Of a DNA stretch of 64,000 nt, positions 13,762 to 25,810 are shown piece after piece. This stretch comes from Sphyrna mokarran. Lineage: Eukaryota. Each line of letters starts with the position of its first letter. Position 1 is the first letter of the stretch. The stretch is from assembly GCA_024679065.1 (NCBI GenBank), contig JAGIQG010000011.1, positions 30,070,001 through 30,134,000 on the forward strand. The letters run 5' to 3'. Made by a program: the position numbers and the translations under genes. The notes under the pieces are model-generated. The model did not search any database, had not been told where the DNA came from, and was given only the letters and a program-made list of their open reading frames with translations.

Positions 13762-15329
13762 ATTGGGTGTAATTTTATCACTAGCAGTGGGAAACATGGT
13801 AAGCAGGGACACTAACTTTGGCATGATGAAAAAGTCAATTTCCCATTACTGTGTCCTCCCGGTTTTGAAAGGTTAAAGGTGGGTCATGTTTCCTGCTGAT
13901 CAATGTCATTTCATTAATGCTTTTTAAAGGCCAACACATAGAAATTTTATTTCCCCTTCAAGTTTACTGCCCTGCTAGCAGATAATTGGCCTGTTTCACA
14001 ACTATATCTAAGTGGCACATGTGGCACATTTCAATTCATCCACAACTTCTGAGGTCAACAGACACTGCTTTCTTTAAAAGTGTAGCATCAAGATGTTGGA
14101 TGCCTTTACTTGGACACAGGTTGTAAGGCCTAGGGGTGAGATGGAGGCAGGAATAGCTGGGATAGGCTGAATACAAAAGAGAAATAGGGAAACAGAGGCA
14201 CGGTTAAGTCTGGGAGACATGAGGGGGAGGGGGAAACAGAGAGAGGCGTGACTGGGGAGATGGAGAGAGACATGCAAGAGGGGAAGGGGTGGATAAAGAC
14301 ATGACTAGGAAGAATGGAGTCGTAAAAAAACTTTCCTGGGGCAAGAGCTATAAAACCATAGAGGTCATGTTGAAAAGATAGTCCTGAGGATGAGGCTGCA
14401 TTTGGGAGCATGTTGATGAACCTGCATACATCGTGCTAGAGGGCTCTACTTGGTACACTTGTCTTCATTCTAGTCTTAATGGGGAGAGGCCTCTTTGGGA
14501 AATGATGGTCATGCATGATATAGTCTGCAGGGTGTAGTCATTCATCTAAGCTATTTGATCCTGGGTGCTCAAGTCATGGTATTATGAGGCAGAGGGCACA
14601 ATATATTCAGGGGAAGCATCCAGATCTTGTAAGTCAGTAGCTTAAAAATCATGAGGAAGGAGCAGGTTATTGGATCATCTCATTTTGGAAGGCAAGGGGT
14701 TCCTGAAAAATAAGTGTGCATGTAGCCTTGAGAAGATTAGTCAGGCTGACACCATGGAACATCAACATTGAAAGATTTGGGGGACAACAGAAATATTCAC
14801 ATGAATAACAATGGGGTCAAGAACAACAGCGGGAGGCTGGATAATGGTGGGAGGAATGGGAATTAGAAAGCAATGAGCATGGACAAGATGGCAATGACTT
14901 GGTGGAAGATGGGGGAGGGTTGGTGTCTGGTTTCATGCACAAGTTGATGATGATGATAATATCCTACAAAGAGTGGCCTTTGTATATCATTACAGACTGA
15001 GGGCAAGTCAAGTCCTAGAGATGCCTTCCTGACTTGTATATGGAGGGACACCATTTAAGGGTAACTACTATTGATTGGTCAATTGTATTTGTTCACAGAT
15101 GCGGGGAAGTGGAGAATGCATGCATCATTGCCTTGTTGTTAGCTGAGATTAGGATGAAAAGAATAAGGGCCTGTTGTCTATTGACACAGCTCAGGGAAGA
15201 TTGAGGATCAAGAGCCAAAAAGTCCCAGATACTGACAAGTGGGACTAAATCCATACAGTCATTTGATGTGACCAAAAAGACAAATGTCATAAGGAAGATG
15301 AGCAAAAGACAGTACTGCAGATGACATCA

Positions 15330-16280
15330 TTTGTCAAGGGATATGGTAGCTCATCTTTGCCACATTTTCTGTGAGTAACTCAGGCTACACAGAATCAGAG
15401 GGCATTTAATGCAAATTGCTCTGAAAGTTATCACTGTACGGAACTTTTTCCGAACAGCATCTTCTGGGGTCCGCTAGAGATCTTTGAGAATCTCTCAATT
15501 GGTGATATGCAAATGAATAAGAGAGATGACAGATACTCTTTACAGTAAAGCTCAACATTACGTGCAGTTTTGCATGGATGAAGTAAATAAATCAGGCAGC
15601 CAGAGTTATGCAAGTCACTGTAATCTCAGGCTTCCCACAACTTCAGGATGTCATCAACTACACGAATGTGACCTTGAGACCTCCCTGGCAGCAGCCTGTG
15701 AAATTCATTAATGGAAAAAGATTTCACTCGCTGAACATCCAGCTCATTTGTGATAAGAAGCATATTTAGCATGTTTGTGCTAACCCCAGGGAGCTCACAC
15801 AATTCTCATATTTTGAGTCATTCCAGGCGCCAGAGATGTTTGAAGGCCCTCAGCATTTGGAGATGGATCTTTGCTAATATGGGATACCTCCAGAAAACAT
15901 GGCTCATGATACCATTCGTCAATCAATGGATCAGAGGAGAGATATAATACTGCACATTCTGCCATGAGATCCTCTATAGAGCAAAAAACACATCTTAAAG
16001 ATGTGTTTCTGATGTTCAGAACAGCCATGCAGGGTTCTCCAGTGCTCATCACAGAAAGTCATTGTTTGCTGTATCCTTTGTGCTGCAAAGAGAGAATGTG
16101 CTGCATAAGAAGACATTGAGAAGCTAGACATTGCCTCGAATGAGGACGACTCGGAAGGTGTTGAATCTGAAGAGGGTGAGGATTCTGATGAATTGCATAA
16201 GGATGCCATTGCCTGGGTATCACACAGCAGATGTGTCTCTGACAACCTCATGGCAACAAAATTTCAAGAAGAATAAGGTG
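15330..16280 (+). pseudogene. Degraded PIF/Harbinger DDE transposase
   Basis: Broken motifs KVITVRNFF, PGSSHNSHIL (PGSxHD), MGYLQKTWLMIP (DxGYPxxxWLMTP), YNTAHSAMRSSIEQ..ILKMCF, and an acidic C-terminal tail. Confidence 0.75.
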
Positions 16281-16534
16281 AAGGTTTGCTTTCATGATTA
16301 AAGTTCTCTGCAGGCTTCGATGCAGGCAACGCAAGAAAACCTTCATTCTCAGCATCAAAGTACCAGGAAAGGTCATCAATCTCACAATGATGGCAGAAGC
16401 ATAAGTCACCCTCCTCTTTAACAATAGGGTAATCTTTGGAAGGCATACTAACCTAGAGAACATGTGGCCGCAGTGGAATGTACTTAACACACAACTCGTG
16501 CACCTCCTTAAGCAACTATACATCATGCAGAGGG

Positions 16535-16823
16535 AGTGGTGGTGACACACTAGTATTGTCACTGGACTAATAATTCAAGGTTTTACCCTAGACAGTTGGT
16601 TTCAAATCATACCATGACAGAAGATATTTGAATTCAATAAAAAAAAATCTGGAATTAGTGGTATAATGACTCTCCTTGTCAATCTTTGTAAAAACACGTC
16701 TGATTCACTAATTTCCTTTAGGGAAGGAAATCTGCCACTCTTACCTTGTCTCCCCTACACTTGGTTGAGTTGCTGCTCTGAAATGACCTAGCAAACCACT
16801 CAGTTCAAGAATAATTAGGGATG
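16535..16823 (+). mobile_element. tRNA-derived SINE sharing its 3' tail with LINE family D
   Basis: GTCACTGGACTAATAATTC..TTCAAATC, GGGAAGGAAATCTGCC, CCACTCAGTTCAAGAATAATTAGGGATG; related copies at 29780-30090(-) and 36105-36365(+). Confidence 0.65.
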
Positions 16824-17724
16824 CTGCCTGGTATGGAAGGTCTGAGTTACGAGGAGAGATTAGGCAAATTGGGACTGTTTTCCCTAGAAAGACGTAGACT
16901 TAGAGGAGATCTAATAGAGATATACAAGATTATGAGGGGTATAATAGAGTAAACAGGGTTAAGCTTTTGCCTAGGATGGACTCGAATAGCACGAGGGGTC
17001 ACAGGCTTAGGTTGAGGGGGGTAAAGTATAATTTGGATGCTAGAGGGAGTTTTTTCACACAGAGGGTGGTGGGGATATGGAATGCACTGCCAAGTAAAGT
17101 GGTAGAGGCAGGTACTCTGGAGTTATTTAAGAAATACTTAGATGGGCACATGAACAAAATGGGAATGGAGGGGTATAGAAAACTGATTTAAAATAGGGAT
17201 CATGAGCCTTGGGAGTCTCTGGGAAGTGTGTAAATAGATGATATTGATGTACTTGTTTTTATCCTACAGGTGCTTTGATCCACCTTGTTGTCTAACGAGG
17301 GGCATACACGCAATGGGTCATGAGAGGGCAGCTCTTGGATCTTTTTCGAGAGTATCCTCGTGCTTCACGTCGTTAGTGTACGCTTGACTTGGACCATTTG
17401 ATGGGCAACACGACAGCTCAGTGACTATCGCTGTGCTGGACAGATACATGGAATTGGGCCTGTGTTTGTGGGAGTTTGCACATTCTCCGTTCTTGCGTGG
17501 GTTTTCTCCAGGCACTCCAGTTTCCTCCCACATCCCAAAGATGTGCTCTTAGGCTAATTGGCAAAACAAATTCTCCCTAAATTGTCTCAAATTTGGCTTT
17601 TAATCCATAGATCTATAAACATAGACAGGGATCGCGGGTAGAGGTGGGAACATCGGGGTGGCAGTGCGGGCTCATTGGGCCAAAAGGCCTGTTTCCCGTG
17701 CTGTTTTGTTCTTTGTTCTTTGTT
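16819..17724 (+). mobile_element. CR1 family A 3' fragment with complete ~530-nt 3' UTR containing a V-SINE core
   Basis: RT C-terminus with stop at 17191, UTR with GGAGTTTGCACATTCTCC...TTTCCTCCCACA, and (GTTCTTT)n tail. Confidence 0.92.
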
Positions 17725-18728
17725 ATCACAAATGAGCTGGATGTTCAGTGAGTTAGTACTTGACCATCAAGAGGGAGCAACCTGTGGACAGCACCATGTC
17801 TCCCAAGTGCCAGGTTTCAAGTGTATCCAGGCATTTGGAAGAGATGTGGTCCAGTCACTACTGACACAGCAGTCAGTTACAGCTTTGTCTTTTCATGGAT
17901 CCTGCTGAGCATTCAGGAGATGTGCCAAGACATCGCTTTCATAGCAAAACAGTTCTCGTCACTGTCCATATCATAAAAGCCTATCTTTTCTATCTGTCTT
18001 AAATCAATTATGCACACTCATGCAATGAATTCCATATTGAATTGCATACTATAAAGATTACATAAATCACCACTTGGCAGCCATTCAGGAACAAAGAAAG
18101 ATCCTCACGGGTATTTGGACAGCTTTACTGGGATGAACACACACCTCTGACATTGCACACTCATTTCTTCCTAGCAAGCATTTCTGATCTCACCAAACCT
18201 ATCTCAATTATTTAGTATCATATATGGGGAGACGGAGCACTAACAATTGAATAATGTTCAATCTTAAACACAGAGATGAAAATGTACTTCAGGGAGGCAT
18301 GGAATGCTATGGTTCTCAACAATGAATAGAACTTTTCTCAAAAGGTTTTTGTCATAAAATAAAGGTCATTGCCAAGTATACTTGAGGAAAAAAAAAGAAT
18401 TTAACAATGGTCATGACAACTACGTGGGGCATCCACAAATTACAGACTTCAGTATGACAGCTTCAGGATAATCACTAACCTTGATGAGCAAATTCTTCTG
18501 AAGCCAAAGAATATCTGCCTGTCATCTAAAGTGTCTTTTTTTTGGCTCCATCTGTAAAGTTACAAGCTGATACTCAGAGTGAACTGGGCAAACCCAAATC
18601 CATTCCTTGCATTCTCCAAAAACCAAATTCAAAATCTAATTGAATCTAATTTATGGTCCCTGCAAACGAGGCAAAGAAGATCCAAGTTGACAAGATAAGG
18701 CATTGCAGCCCATCTTGGACTTGATCTG

Positions 18729-18762
18729 ACATTTGATCTTGGCCAAAAGGCCGTGAAGTAAT
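18729..18762 (-). pseudogene. U2 snRNA 5'-end fragment (nt ~1-34)
   Basis: Reverse complement ATTACTTCACGGCCTTTTGGCCAAGATCAAATGT versus U2 ATCGCTTCTCGGCCTTTTGGCTAAGATCAAGTGT (29/34 identical). Confidence 0.75.
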
Positions 18763-20599
18763 GTTGCAGTTTTGGAAATAAAAGCTCATCACTAATGAGA
18801 TTGACTGCGTGTTAGTGGAACTGAGGATCCAACTGGAAGCTAAATGGAGGGGATACATTTTGGGTCCTTGAATTAATGCAGTATCACATCGAATAGTTAT
18901 TGAATACTTGAGACTTGGGGAGGGATAAATGAGAATATATTACAATAATGTAGAATATGTACAATGAGTGAACATCTGTGACATTGCCGTGCATTTAAAA
19001 ACTTCTAAATTCTATACTCTATTGCTACATATGGGCAAGTCCTAACATCAGCAGTCGATGTGGAGGCAATCTGTTCACTGCTATGCTCTGTTGTCTGAGG
19101 TGTTTTTGCCTGGTGTCCTCTGGCTGAGGCCTGGAGGCACCAGCTTTCTAAGTGTCTTTTACAGTGAGGCAGGAGTGCCCTCCTTGGCCTAACTTCTGGA
19201 GTTGTTGCAGTGACAAGAACCACTCCATCAGACAGAACATGGTCAGGATTCTTCATTCTAGTCTGCTGTTGGTCTCTGACAATTCTGTCTGATGTTTCTC
19301 TGCTTGTCACTGCATCACTTTCAGGACTGATTCTAGAGACTCCAACATTGAATTCAGACTCAGCAGGGGCCTGGTTTTTAATGGCCTTCTGATTGTCAGC
19401 GATGTCAGCTGTCATTGTCTTATTGGTTGTGGACCAGGGTCTATCAGCTGATTCTCAGATTGTGAACCTGAGCCTTCTCTAGAGCTAGGACTCATTGAGG
19501 TATTTACGCTAGTGGAAGGTGCAGGTAAACACGGTGATGGATCTTCATCAAATGGATTCTCAGTATCCTAATCTGAGCTGGTCTGGGGGCTGGGGTTGAA
19601 GTGCTTGCTTGAGGATGGCCTTCATCTTTTCTTACTGGTAGCTGGAATAAAGAGAAGAGATTGTTGATGATTGAGGAGGCAGGCTCCCTCATTATATGTC
19701 ACACACAGTCAATATAAACTGAAGAGGCCTATCTCAACTTCCACACAGGAATAATCTCCATACTTTCCAACACGCTGTGAAGCCTGTTTCTTGTGAGTAG
19801 AGAATGCTCTCAAATCTAGTGTCCTCTTCCTGGTTTTGGCTCTCTCCCTTTTTTTTTGTGGGCGATCTTGGCCCGCATAAAAACAGATAGATTGGCTGAG
19901 CACCATGGATGGAAGAGCAATTCAGAAGCATGATGCCTGTTGTGTGTGCTGATCCCTCCCCCAATAATAGATTAACAAGCTATTTGTGCAGATCATGAAT
20001 ACTGAGCTTGAAATGGCTGGCAGACATTCTCATCTGCTGGTAGCGTGTGACATCATGTGAACTCTAACCCTTAAACTGCCTAATGCCCTTATGAGTGTTT
20101 GAATTTGGAGCACCTAGAAGTTTCACTTATTGTGGCTGAGTGCATGAGATATTCATCCTTTTCCTGCCCTATAGGGTGGATTTTTTTTTGGTCATGGGTA
20201 TTGACCTCCCTGGTAACCTCCTCCTAGGCAGACATAGTGAGGTGGAAGGATCTTCAACTCCCATCCCAAAGGTAAAGGACCTTTCCTTAGAGCAGAGTTC
20301 TCCAAAGAAACCTCATTGAACTGCGAAGCAGTAGATTTGATTATTTTGAGTATCATTGGGAACTTCTAAATATAACACCAGAATCTTCAACCCCTGTGAG
20401 GTAATAGCGTGGCAGATAAATCCTGCCCACCCCGTCACAGGATTTGACAAGCGCCTCATTGCATAATTAATGAACTGAAATGTGAAAGATCAGGTGAATT
20501 AGTCCAACCCATCACCCAGCAGGAATCAGACCAACTTTTCCACTTGCTGCCACATTTAGTATCCAGAATGGCAACATTTGCCTGTAATCTAGGCCAACA

Positions 20600-20938
20600 T
20601 TTCAGTGCAATACTGAGGGAGTACTGTATGTTGAAGGTGTTGTGCTCTGAGTAAGGTGCATACTTACCGATGTGGGCATAAAGTATCTCACAACTATTAT
20701 AGGAAGTGTAAATAATTTTTCCAAGTGTCCTGGTCAGCAATTATTCCTCAGTCAACACTTAATGAAAGCTTTGATTTGTTACTTGGCTCTTTGCTACATG
20801 TGGATGCTTGCTGTGAGCAAATTAGCTGCCATGTTTCTTACATTTCAACAGCGAGTGTACTTCAAAGGTAATTTATTAGTTGTGAATCATGTTGGGACAC
20901 CCTGAGGATGTGCTGCGTAAATGTAAGTTGTTTCTTTA
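20600..20938 (+). mobile_element. Deu-domain SINE (SacSINE1/AmnSINE1-like), degenerate
   Basis: CAGTGCAATACTGAGGGAGTACTG..GTGTCCTGGTCAGCAATTATTCCTCAGTCAAC and an L2-type tail TAAATGTAAGTTGTTTCTTT. Confidence 0.6.
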
Positions 20939-22107
20939 GTCTTTGGATTAGCCAGTCTATATTTGTTTGTTACATCTTTTCCCTCCTTACACAGTGACTT
21001 CAATGTCTAATTATCAGTCCGGAAACAATTTGCATATCTTAAAAATAATCAGTCAGATTAACATAAACTGGAATCAAAGTTTGGATCTTCCAGATTTGAA
21101 TTACTTCTTTCCATTGTGGGCATTGCAGAGGACAATTTACCCATCGGCTATCTAGATTCAGTCTATATTTAAGTTAATTCAGAATGTAAACTCTGGGATC
21201 AAAATATAGGATCGCCACAGCAATGACCCAGCTCCATAAAAATAATGCATGGTCAATGCATGTGTACTATGATGACATATGTTGCAATTGATTGCATCAA
21301 TAATGTATCATTCAAGGTTCAGCCTCTTGGTTAAGGTTTCCAAGTTTTTTGAATGTGATTATTACAAATGAAATCTTGGTTTAAAGTTTTTAATTGCAAA
21401 CTTTTGATGAATAATGGTATTTCTGAGTAGAATAAATTGTTAAGTTTGGCATATTTCTATTTTAAGTGTTGTTTCAGTTTTTTAATTCATATTGCTCTAT
21501 AGTCATTCAATTGTTGCAATATACATCAGTGCATCACAGCCATTCTATTTCTTCAGGTAATTACTGTGAATATGACTCAGTTGTTTCTTCTTGACAAAAT
21601 ATTCTGTACCGACTTATTTAGGGACTACAGGTTACCATAATGTATCTTTCTGAAAAGGATTATTGATACAATTTACAGCTGGTTATGAGGGCTTCACTGA
21701 AGTATGTCTTGTCCTTTTAAAAATAAAAATCATGTGGGAAGGAAGAGTTTAAAAAGATCTTCCAAGTATGCAGTCACATTTTGAAAAAGAAAATGTCAAA
21801 GCAATCACCTATGACATTCTTCTGACCGGAGGACAAGATAAGACTATGAAATATTTACAGTATTTAAATAGACAAAAGCAGTGATGAGAGGAATGACTTC
21901 ACCCTTTTAACTCAGGTCCTTGTCAAAGTCAATCATAAGAGCTGGGTCAGAATTAACGACCTTAATTGCTTGTTGGCTAGAATGTCAGGTGGGCTTAAGC
22001 ATATTTTAAATGCCCATTAATAATTTTCAATGTGCATTAGAAAATAAAATCACAAAGTCCCAGCAGTATTTTGCATGATTTTTATTTCTGAATTCTGTGA
22101 CCTATAG

Positions 22108-22204
22108 GAAATGAAGGTTCCGGAGAAACCGTTCCGAAGAAAACCTCATCATGTGATATCTGCCAATTTGGAGCAGAATGTGATGAAGATGCAGAAGATG
22201 TTTG
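22108..22204 (+). CDS. TMEFF2: TMEFF2 coding exon (start of follistatin module 2: NEGSGETVPKKTSSCDICQFGAECDEDAEDVW)
   Basis: ctatag| acceptor, |gtaatt donor; peptide matches tomoregulin-2 CDICQFGAECDEDAEDVW; phases fit the next exon. Confidence 0.95.
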
Positions 22205-23973
22205 GTAATTTCTTCAGTGTTAATTAAGAGCAAATATTAATATTTGCTATTATCCATAAATGAAAATGCAACTCCATCACTGGCATACTGTATTAGATTG
22301 GACATTCTTTTTATAGAGTGTCAACTAGGGCTTTTACTTTTGGGACCTGGATTTAAATCCAGACCAATCCAATGGGATGAAAGCCCCTTCTGTCTTGCAA
22401 CTTTGAATATTAAAACAAATTTGGTAGAATCCTCACAGAAGTCTGACCTGTGTTCAAAATAAATGTCTTAACCTACATCCGAGTATGGTAATCGTAATTC
22501 GAAAATTAACTGTTGGGGGAGGTGGGAATGTCACATTGATACAGTCAAGATATTTTAATGGGGTCGCCTATCAGAGGTTTTACCCCACAGCTGCTCTGTT
22601 CTGTACTTGGCCATGGAGCTCTTGACTCTGAAATCAAATGTAAAGTGGTATTTTGTTCCCCAACTGTCTTGATCAGCACATTGTTGACCAAAAATTTAAA
22701 AGGTCATTGTATGCTTTTAATGGTAAACTCAAACTGTTGTGAATATTGTTTAAACTAAAAGTTAATTAGTGAGTTCACCGTATTCTTTTAAATTTGCATA
22801 ATGTTGACTGATATGTACTTCCTGCTCCTGGTTTGGCATTACATTTTAGTCACTGCAGGATGAAATACATAAGTACTATACAAGTTATAAAACCTTCAAA
22901 ACATTCATATCAAGTTGAATTATAGCAGTTTGAAAAAAGAGAAAGAAAATCTGCATTCAATAAATAGAGCATTCATTGCTGTGCATTGTTTTAACTTTAA
23001 TCAATTTTAAGCTAATTGTTTAAATATCCATTTGGAAAAAAATCAATAAGATGTTAGTATCTGAACACATCATGTCCTTGTTAAGGCAGCAAACAAAGAA
23101 ATTACCTGACTATTTGGATGCAAACTCACAGAGGTAGCCTTTTCAGTAATTCTATAAGTCACGGGCTTATATAGAACCTGTTTTGGTGTTAATACCCAAC
23201 ATTTCCATTCGAAGTTTACCCTCAAAGCTCTCGCAAATAGCCACACTGATGAAAAGGACATGCATCCAGAAACTTAATATGACCTGAAATAATCCAACTA
23301 TTTTGTAATTATAAATGATCATTCTAATGCACCACCTATATCAGTCAATGCCTGTTCTTCAAAATCAGAGATTTTTAACAAAGACTTTTGAGTTTGCACA
23401 CAAAGGTATGTTTGAACTTTTTAACTGTTGCAAAGCTCACTGCCAATGGGGATAATTATATTTTTTAAAAAGGAACAGTTCAATTCCAAACTTTCCACTT
23501 CTGGTTTTACTGGCAATGGGAGGCCAACTCATTCTCAGGAGGTGGGAGGAATCTCAAGTAATTTTAAGGGAACTGCACGCATCCACATTATCATCACTTT
23601 TTTATTTTTAACACTGACAGGTCAGATTTTGGGAAACCCAGTGGCTGAGGGGAGACACAAAAGCCGGATGAAACAGGTGCCTGCACTACTTCTAGGCCAG
23701 AAGGAGCAGGAAATACTGTAGCCGCCATCTGTCCCTCAGACATCTAGCATTCAATCTGACCTGCTCCTGGTAATTCAAGCCATCCCAATGCCAGAACCCC
23801 TGCCAACAATCAATGCCCAGCTCTGGCCTAAAGCCACCCGACAGCCAGCCAGTCTTCAATGTGGCTGATTGCAGCGAGGAAATGGTTCCTTTTTTTAAAA
23901 AAGACCTTGCTATTAAATTCAGTAGGATCTGCAGGAAACCAATACCTTAAGTTTCCCTGATGGTTACTTTTCC

Positions 23974-24174
23974 ACTAAGAAGTCTCACAATACCATGCTA
24001 AACTCCAATCAGTTTATTTGATAGTAAACTCACAAGCTTTTGGAAACGCTGTTTCAGAACAGCGTTTTTGAAAGCTTGTGGGTTTATTATCAAATAAACT
24101 GTTTGGACTTTAACCTGGTGTTATGAGACTTCTTACTGTGTTTACCCCAGTCCAACACAGGCATCTCCACATCA
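23974..24174 (+). mobile_element. Palindromic mini Penelope-like element (pLTR only) with ~13-bp TSD
   Basis: Inverted arms centred near 24055; tail CCCCAGTCCAACACAGGCATCTCCACATCA shared with 48812 and 49869 copies; TSD TGGTTACTTT[T/C]CC at 23961 and 24175. Confidence 0.75.
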
Positions 24175-24999
24175 TGGTTACTTTCCCTCAGAATTCCCAC
24201 CTACTTGTCTTTACCAGAATCAAAATCTTAACTTTATTTGATAGCACTCATATTTTGTCTGAGTTGTCTGAATAAAATGTTTGAATAGCAATCCAGCATA
24301 GAAAGACTTCAGTCAATGCAGAAATACTCTAATCATTATGAAGGTAGAATTGAACTGTTTGAAATCTCAAACTAATTAATTTGATGACCCAAATCAATTA
24401 CTCAATTCTATTCCATTATTTTACCCCAAATAGATCTACGGAAATATTTTCCAAACTACTATTTATAGACCTCGTCAAAGTATGCTTACGATAATAAATG
24501 TAAATGCAGAAGAAAAGTTCACAAATTTGAAAAACCTATCACTGTACACTACTTTTTTCATATGGAATCTCACCTCCCTGACTTCAATACTAAATGGGAT
24601 CTATATTTACTTAACAGCATTTTCTTATTAATGATAATGTATTTAAATAATAATTTGATAAAGCAAATATAAAAGTCCACGAACATTAACCTATTATCAT
24701 AAGTGTTTATCTACATACTTGCAGTCATGTAATATATAAAAATACATGCAGAGATATTTAGTCTACATTTTTCTGTATCCCAATGTTGTAACATTGCCTC
24801 ATGTTTCTTGTTATAGAGTTGGGAACCATAGAAAACTGACTGACATTTCAATAGACATGTATACAATACTGTCTCTACCAAAACTCCTTTCCCTAATCAC
24901 TAATTCTAGCCATTTTCCTGGCAACCCTGAGATTGAACCAGACTATTGGTACTGTCAGTGTCAGATTTGACCCCATGTTAAGTTTTTGACTGCATATCA

Positions 25000-25810
25000 G
25001 CACTGTCAGAACATCTATTTCCAATTCTGAAACATCACCCAACTTCAACTCAGCATATATTTCTTTACTACCTCTGGACTGTACTACCTTCTGGCTTGCC
25101 TCCCATCCGTAGATTTAAGATAATCCAAAACACAGCTGTCTGTACCTTAACTCGCACTAAGTCCCATTCACCAACACACCTGTATTTGCTGACCTACATT
25201 TGCTCCCAGTCTGGCAAAGCCTCAGTTTCAAAATTCTTATCCTTATTTTCAAATCCTCCTGTGGTCTTGCCTTTCCCTATCTCTCTAGCCTTCTCCAGCC
25301 TTACAAACCTTCACCATATCTGCAATCCTCTAAGTCTGATGTCATGAGCATAGAATCCCTATAGTGCAGAAGGAGATCAAATGAACCTGCATCAACAACA
25401 TTCCCACCCAAGTCCGGTCTCTGTAACCCCGTGTATTTATCCTGCTAGTCCCCCTGATACTAAGGGCTAATTAGTATGGCCAATTAACCTAACCGCACAT
25501 CTTTGGAATTGGGAGGAAACCGAACTACCCAGAGAAAACCCACGCAAACATATGTAAACTCCACATAGACAGTGATCCTGTAGAATTGAGGCTGGAATTG
25601 AACTTGGGTCCTGGCGCTGAGAAGCAACAGTGCTAACAGCTCTGCCACCCCATCAATTTTAATTGCTTCAACATTTGCAGTTTTGTCTCCAGCTTCTCTA
25701 CCTCTTTCGTCCTTTAAGGCCATCATCTTCCTAATATTTCCTTATGTATCTTGGTATCAAAGATTGTTTAATAATGCTCCTCTTTTACTACATTAAATGT
25801 GTTACACAAT
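25000..25810 (+). mobile_element. Degenerate L2 LINE 3' fragment interrupted by a V-SINE (25349-25651, minus strand)
   Basis: IQNTAVCTLTRTK..LxxLHxLP-type L2 C-terminal remnant; nested SINE has V core and tRNA head on the minus strand. Confidence 0.6.

Noticed and set aside
1-22107. Search for upstream TMEFF2 exons (signal peptide, follistatin 1, GSGSG micro-exon)
   Set aside because: None recognised; likely outside the window, although a micro-exon could be missed by eye
22310-22550. Possible ancient LF-SINE-like relics (also ~2430-2770 and ~40300-40450)
   Set aside because: Similarity too weak to support without alignment
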